DNA of 64,000 nucleotides, taken from IMG/VR virus record IMGVR_UViG_3300024346_003797, positions 13,091-77,090 of that record, one strand, 5' to 3'. Below the pieces are notes generated by a model. That model was not told the DNA's origin. It saw nothing but the letters and a program-made list of their open reading frames with translations, and did not search any database. The stretch's first letter is position 1, and the number at the start of each line of letters is the position of its first letter. This DNA comes from a virus. Below, piece by piece: positions 60,856 to 64,000 of the stretch. A program made the translations under genes and the position numbers.

Positions 60856-60914
60856 TGTCCATAAAGCGTATGTTATTACGCAAACAACTATTTTATATGG
60901 GTAATAAAAATCAC

Positions 60915-60922
60915 TATAAATA
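60915..60922 (+). promoter_or_regulatory. late promoter TATAAATA
   Basis: Upstream of the porin. Confidence 0.7.
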
Positions 60923-60967
60923 TTAGTCTAGCCTGAGGAATCAGGTTTATTTTTAAAGGAAAATCTT

Positions 60968-61849
60968 ATGAAGAAAATCGCAATAGCGACATTATTGGCA
61001 GCAACAACATTAGTTGCAACAGCACAAGTTAATCTAAATGGTAAAATCAGCGAGTTCGTTGACAATACTAAAACTGGTGCTATTAGCAAAACAACTCTAG
61101 CTACTGATCCAACAAGTAACATCACTATTTCAGTAAATGAAAACATTGGTGGTATGAAGGCTCGTATAGTATTAGATACAAGTTTAAAAGCCAATGATCC
61201 TATCACTGGTGCAGATACTAAACTTGGTGATCGTCAATCTACAATTGGTTTATCAAACAAGATGGGTAGCATCGATTTAGGTCGCAATCTACACAGTCAC
61301 TTTTTAGCAATTACTAACAATGACGCTTTTGGTACATTGTATGGTAGTGTAGCTGGTGACGTTCATAACTTGCGTGGTCTACGTATCAGCAATGGTACAT
61401 TCTTTGCATTGACACCAATCAAAGGTGTAACTGCAACTTATGACCGCACACAAAATGGTGTAGGTACAGAAGCAAGTAGCTATAGTGCAAGTGCAAAATT
61501 GTTTGGCATTAACGCAACAGTTGCACAATATACTCAAGGTATTGAGCAAAGCACAGTATATGCTGGTACTGCAAAGTTAGGCAATACACAAGTATTTTAC
61601 TCACATAGTGATGACAAAGGTGCCGTAGCACGTACTGGTGATTTATTTGGCGCAAGTCAACAATTTGGCCGAGTAACTGCAAAAGCAAGCTATGGTAAAA
61701 CAAATACTGATGTAAAAGCTTATGCAATGGGTGCCGATTATCACTTCAGTAAGCGTACTGCATTAGGTGTCAACTATCGTAATGTTGATGCTACTGGTAC
61801 AGCAAATGACGTAAAACAAGTTGGGGTTGGTGTAACACATCGCTTCTAA
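60968..61849 (+). CDS. Gram-negative (betaproteobacterial-type) porin
   Basis: Sec signal MKKIAIATLLAATTLVATA; ENIGGMKA, GSIDLGR, GADYHFSKRT, C-terminal GVTHRF. Confidence 0.88.
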   Translation: MKKIAIATLLAATTLVATAQVNLNGKISEFVDNTKTGAISKTTLATDPTSNITISVNENIGGMKARIVLDTSLKANDPITGADTKLGDRQSTIGLSNKMGSIDLGRNLHSHFLAITNNDAFGTLYGSVAGDVHNLRGLRISNGTFFALTPIKGVTATYDRTQNGVGTEASSYSASAKLFGINATVAQYTQGIEQSTVYAGTAKLGNTQVFYSHSDDKGAVARTGDLFGASQQFGRVTAKASYGKTNTDVKAYAMGADYHFSKRTALGVNYRNVDATGTANDVKQVGVGVTHRF

Positions 61850-61867
61850 TCTCCATTGAGATTGTAT

Positions 61868-61893
61868 AAAAAGGCTCTTTTTGAGCCTTTTTT
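61868..61893 (+). terminator. intrinsic terminator, potentially bidirectional
   Basis: AAAAAGGCTC-TTTTT-GAGCCTTTTTT. Confidence 0.85.
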
Positions 61894-61900
61894 GTTTTCT

Positions 61901-61908
61901 GCTAAATA
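61901..61908 (+). promoter_or_regulatory. late promoter variant GCTAAATA
   Basis: Between the terminator and the FN3 gene. Confidence 0.6.
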
Positions 61909-61926
61909 CAATAAAGGTAAATTATT

Positions 61927-63159
61927 ATGGCAGATATGACATTTTCGGGCGTAACATTTGATGGCGGATTCGCAATAACACTACCTCCTACTGTGCCGGG
62001 AGCTCCGACTATTGGTACTGCAACAACTACAGGTACTACAACAGCAACAGTAACATTTACTGCTCCAGTTAATAATGGCGGTGCTACTATTACAAGTTAT
62101 ACAGCAACGAGTAGCCCAGGTGGAGTTACTGGTACATTAAGTCAGGCAGGTAGTGGTACTATTAATGTTACTGGATTGACAGCAAGTACAAGTTACACAT
62201 TTACTGTAACTGCTACTAATAGCGTAGGTACTAGTTCACCTAGCGCATCAAGTAATAGTATTACTACTGATTCGGGCATACCAATTAATAAAGCTATCTT
62301 TGGATACGGAGACACTGGTAGTGTTACAGCAATAACCAACCTAGTATCAACTACAGGTGTGGTTGCTACTGATACTACTGGTGTCGGTACTGCTAGATAT
62401 GGATTAGCAGCCGCAGGTTATGGTACAGATAAAGCTATATTTGGATATGGATACACCACAAGCCATGTATCAATGACCAACCTAGTAAGTAATACCGGTG
62501 TTGTCGGTAATGATGTTACCGGTGTTGGTACTGGAAGGCGAGGAATAGCTGCCGCAGGTTATGGAACTGATAAGGCTATATTTGGATATGGTCAAAATAG
62601 TTCTTTTGTGCTGGTATCAATGACCAACCTGGTAACAAACACAGGTGTAGTTGGTAATGATGTTACCGGTGTCGGCACTGCTAGAATTTATCCTAGCGCC
62701 GCACGTTATGGTACAGATAAAGCTCTTTTTGGATATGGTGCCGATGCATCGGCCGGCGTGAGCTATTCAATGACTAACCTAGTATCAAATACAGGTGTTG
62801 TTGGTAATGATGTTACAGGTGTGGGTACTGCTAGATATGCCCCCGCAGCCGCTGGATATGGCACAGATAAGGCTATATTTGGATATGGATTTATTCTTAG
62901 TACATCTACCGCGGTATCACTAACCAACCTGGTAACAAACACAGGTGTAGTTGGTAATGATGTTACCGGTGTTGGCACAGCTAGATATCTACTAGCAGCC
63001 GCAACTTATGGAAATGATAAAGCTATATTTGGATATGGCCTTGACGCATCAATATACTCATTAACCAACTTAGTATCAAACACAGGCGTTGTTAGTAACA
63101 ATGTTACAGGTGTTGGCACAGCTAGATATGCACTAGCAGCCGCTAGTTACGGGTCTTAA
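61927..63159 (+). CDS. fibronectin type III domain plus six-repeat kelch-like beta-propeller
   Basis: PGAPT...TGLTASTSYTFTVTATNSVGTS; six KAIFGYG...TNLV...GVGTAR...AAAGYG units. Confidence 0.8.
   Translation: MADMTFSGVTFDGGFAITLPPTVPGAPTIGTATTTGTTTATVTFTAPVNNGGATITSYTATSSPGGVTGTLSQAGSGTINVTGLTASTSYTFTVTATNSVGTSSPSASSNSITTDSGIPINKAIFGYGDTGSVTAITNLVSTTGVVATDTTGVGTARYGLAAAGYGTDKAIFGYGYTTSHVSMTNLVSNTGVVGNDVTGVGTGRRGIAAAGYGTDKAIFGYGQNSSFVLVSMTNLVTNTGVVGNDVTGVGTARIYPSAARYGTDKALFGYGADASAGVSYSMTNLVSNTGVVGNDVTGVGTARYAPAAAGYGTDKAIFGYGFILSTSTAVSLTNLVTNTGVVGNDVTGVGTARYLLAAATYGNDKAIFGYGLDASIYSLTNLVSNTGVVSNNVTGVGTARYALAAASYGS
62288..63156 (+). repeat. six in-frame ~140-150 nt repeats
   Basis: For example, identical 50 nt at 62623-62672 and 62923-62972. 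Confidence 0.85.
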
Positions 63160-63186
63160 TCTTATAAACACAAATCAAAAAATAAT

Positions 63187-64000
63187 ATGGCATTGACTTT
63201 TTCAGATGTATCATTTAGCGGAGGCTTTCAGGTAGATGCACCTTATCCTCCCGGTGCACCTACAATAGGTATTGCAACTGCTACAGGTGAAACGACAGCA
63301 ACAGTTACATTTACTGCTCCTAGTTATGGAGGCACAAGTACAATAACAACATATACAGCAACAAGTATTCCAGATGGTATTACTGGTACATTAAATCAAT
63401 CAGGATCTGGTACTATTAATGTTTCTGGATTAAATCTAGGCATTACCTATACATTTATTGTTACTGCTACTAATAGCAATGGCACAAGTAGTCCAAGTGC
63501 CGCAAGTAATGCAATTACACCCGCACCTCCACCAACAGGTCAAATAGAATATACTGATCCCGGTACATATTCATGGACACCACCACTAGGTGTTACTAGC
63601 GTATGTGTAGTTTGTGTAGGTGGTGGTGGCGGTGCAAGAAATAGTAATTTCGTGTATTCAAATGATACAGGTGGTGCTGGCGGTGGTGGCCTAGGCTGGA
63701 AAAACAATATTGCAGTAACGCAAGGATCTACCTACACTGTAGTAGTTGGCGCTGGCGGCATTTCCGGTGGCGATATCGGAGGTCAAAGTTATTTTAGTTC
63801 TAGCAGCCTGGTTGCAGGTAATGGCGGTGGCACTGGTTTAATTAATGGTCAAGGTAATGCAACTGGCGGTACCTACGTAGGTGACGGTGGTGGTAACGGT
63901 GGTACCGGCGGAAATGGAGGCTCTTATCCCGGTGGTGCCGGTGGTGCTGGTGGTTATTCTGGCACAGGTGGTGCCGGAGCAGATGGATACGATATTAATG
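63187..64000 (+). CDS. FN3 plus glycine-rich domain protein, truncated by window end
   Basis: Manual translation MALTFSDVSFSGGFQVDAPYPPGAPTIG...YTDPGTYSWTPPLGVTSVCVVCVGGGGG...; not in the ORF track. Confidence 0.8.
   Translation, partial: MALTFSDVSFSGGFQVDAPYPPGAPTIGIATATGETTATVTFTAPSYGGTSTITTYTATSIPDGITGTLNQSGSGTINVSGLNLGITYTFIVTATNSNGTSSPSAASNAITPAPPPTGQIEYTDPGTYSWTPPLGVTSVCVVCVGGGGGARNSNFVYSNDTGGAGGGGLGWKNNIAVTQGSTYTVVVGAGGISGGDIGGQSYFSSSSLVAGNGGGTGLINGQGNATGGTYVGDGGGNGGTGGNGGSYPGGAGGAGGYSGTGGAGADGYDIN

Noticed and set aside
888-62978. Numerous 60-150 aa ORFs nested in or antisense to long genes (e.g. 4037-4483, 27767-28138, 38908-39369, 50875-52157)
   Set aside because: Fully overlap well-supported genes and lack motifs or ribosome-binding sites
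62288-63159. Diversity-generating retroelement target
   Set aside because: No reverse transcriptase or template repeat in the window; the variation includes indels and is not evidently adenine-specific
1-64000. Stop-codon reassignment as in some large phages
   Set aside because: Standard-code ORFs tile the window densely, including a 5904-aa ORF
63600-64000. GC-richer segment as foreign DNA
   Set aside because: Explained by glycine codons in the Gly-rich domain

Overview
This AT-rich, gene-dense window comes from a large T4-like (gp55-type late transcription) myophage. The porin, DUF4214 protein and tmRNA tag point weakly to a betaproteobacterial host. From left to right it holds: (1) leftward gp47 and gp55; (2) a rightward baseplate/tail module (gp48/54-like, gp53, hub, gp5, gp25, gp6, a 5904-aa modular protein, fibre-like genes); (3) a ~21-kb island of glycosyltransferase-like genes, five tandem radical-SAM genes, an inverted NDP-sugar epimerase/C-methyltransferase cassette and a 2212-aa tandem-repeat protein; (4) a circularly permuted two-piece tmRNA (tag ANDSQFSIAA) whose intervening segment encodes a 23-aa hydrophobic peptide; (5) a DUF4214 gene flanked by perfect CRP and FNR boxes; (6) a GNAT / 2OG-Fe(II) / S8-protease-with-Cys-rich-tail / PP-loop cluster resembling a fused-precursor RiPP system; (7) a porin and two FN3-based proteins. 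Product calls come from motif recognition by eye; no database searches were run.
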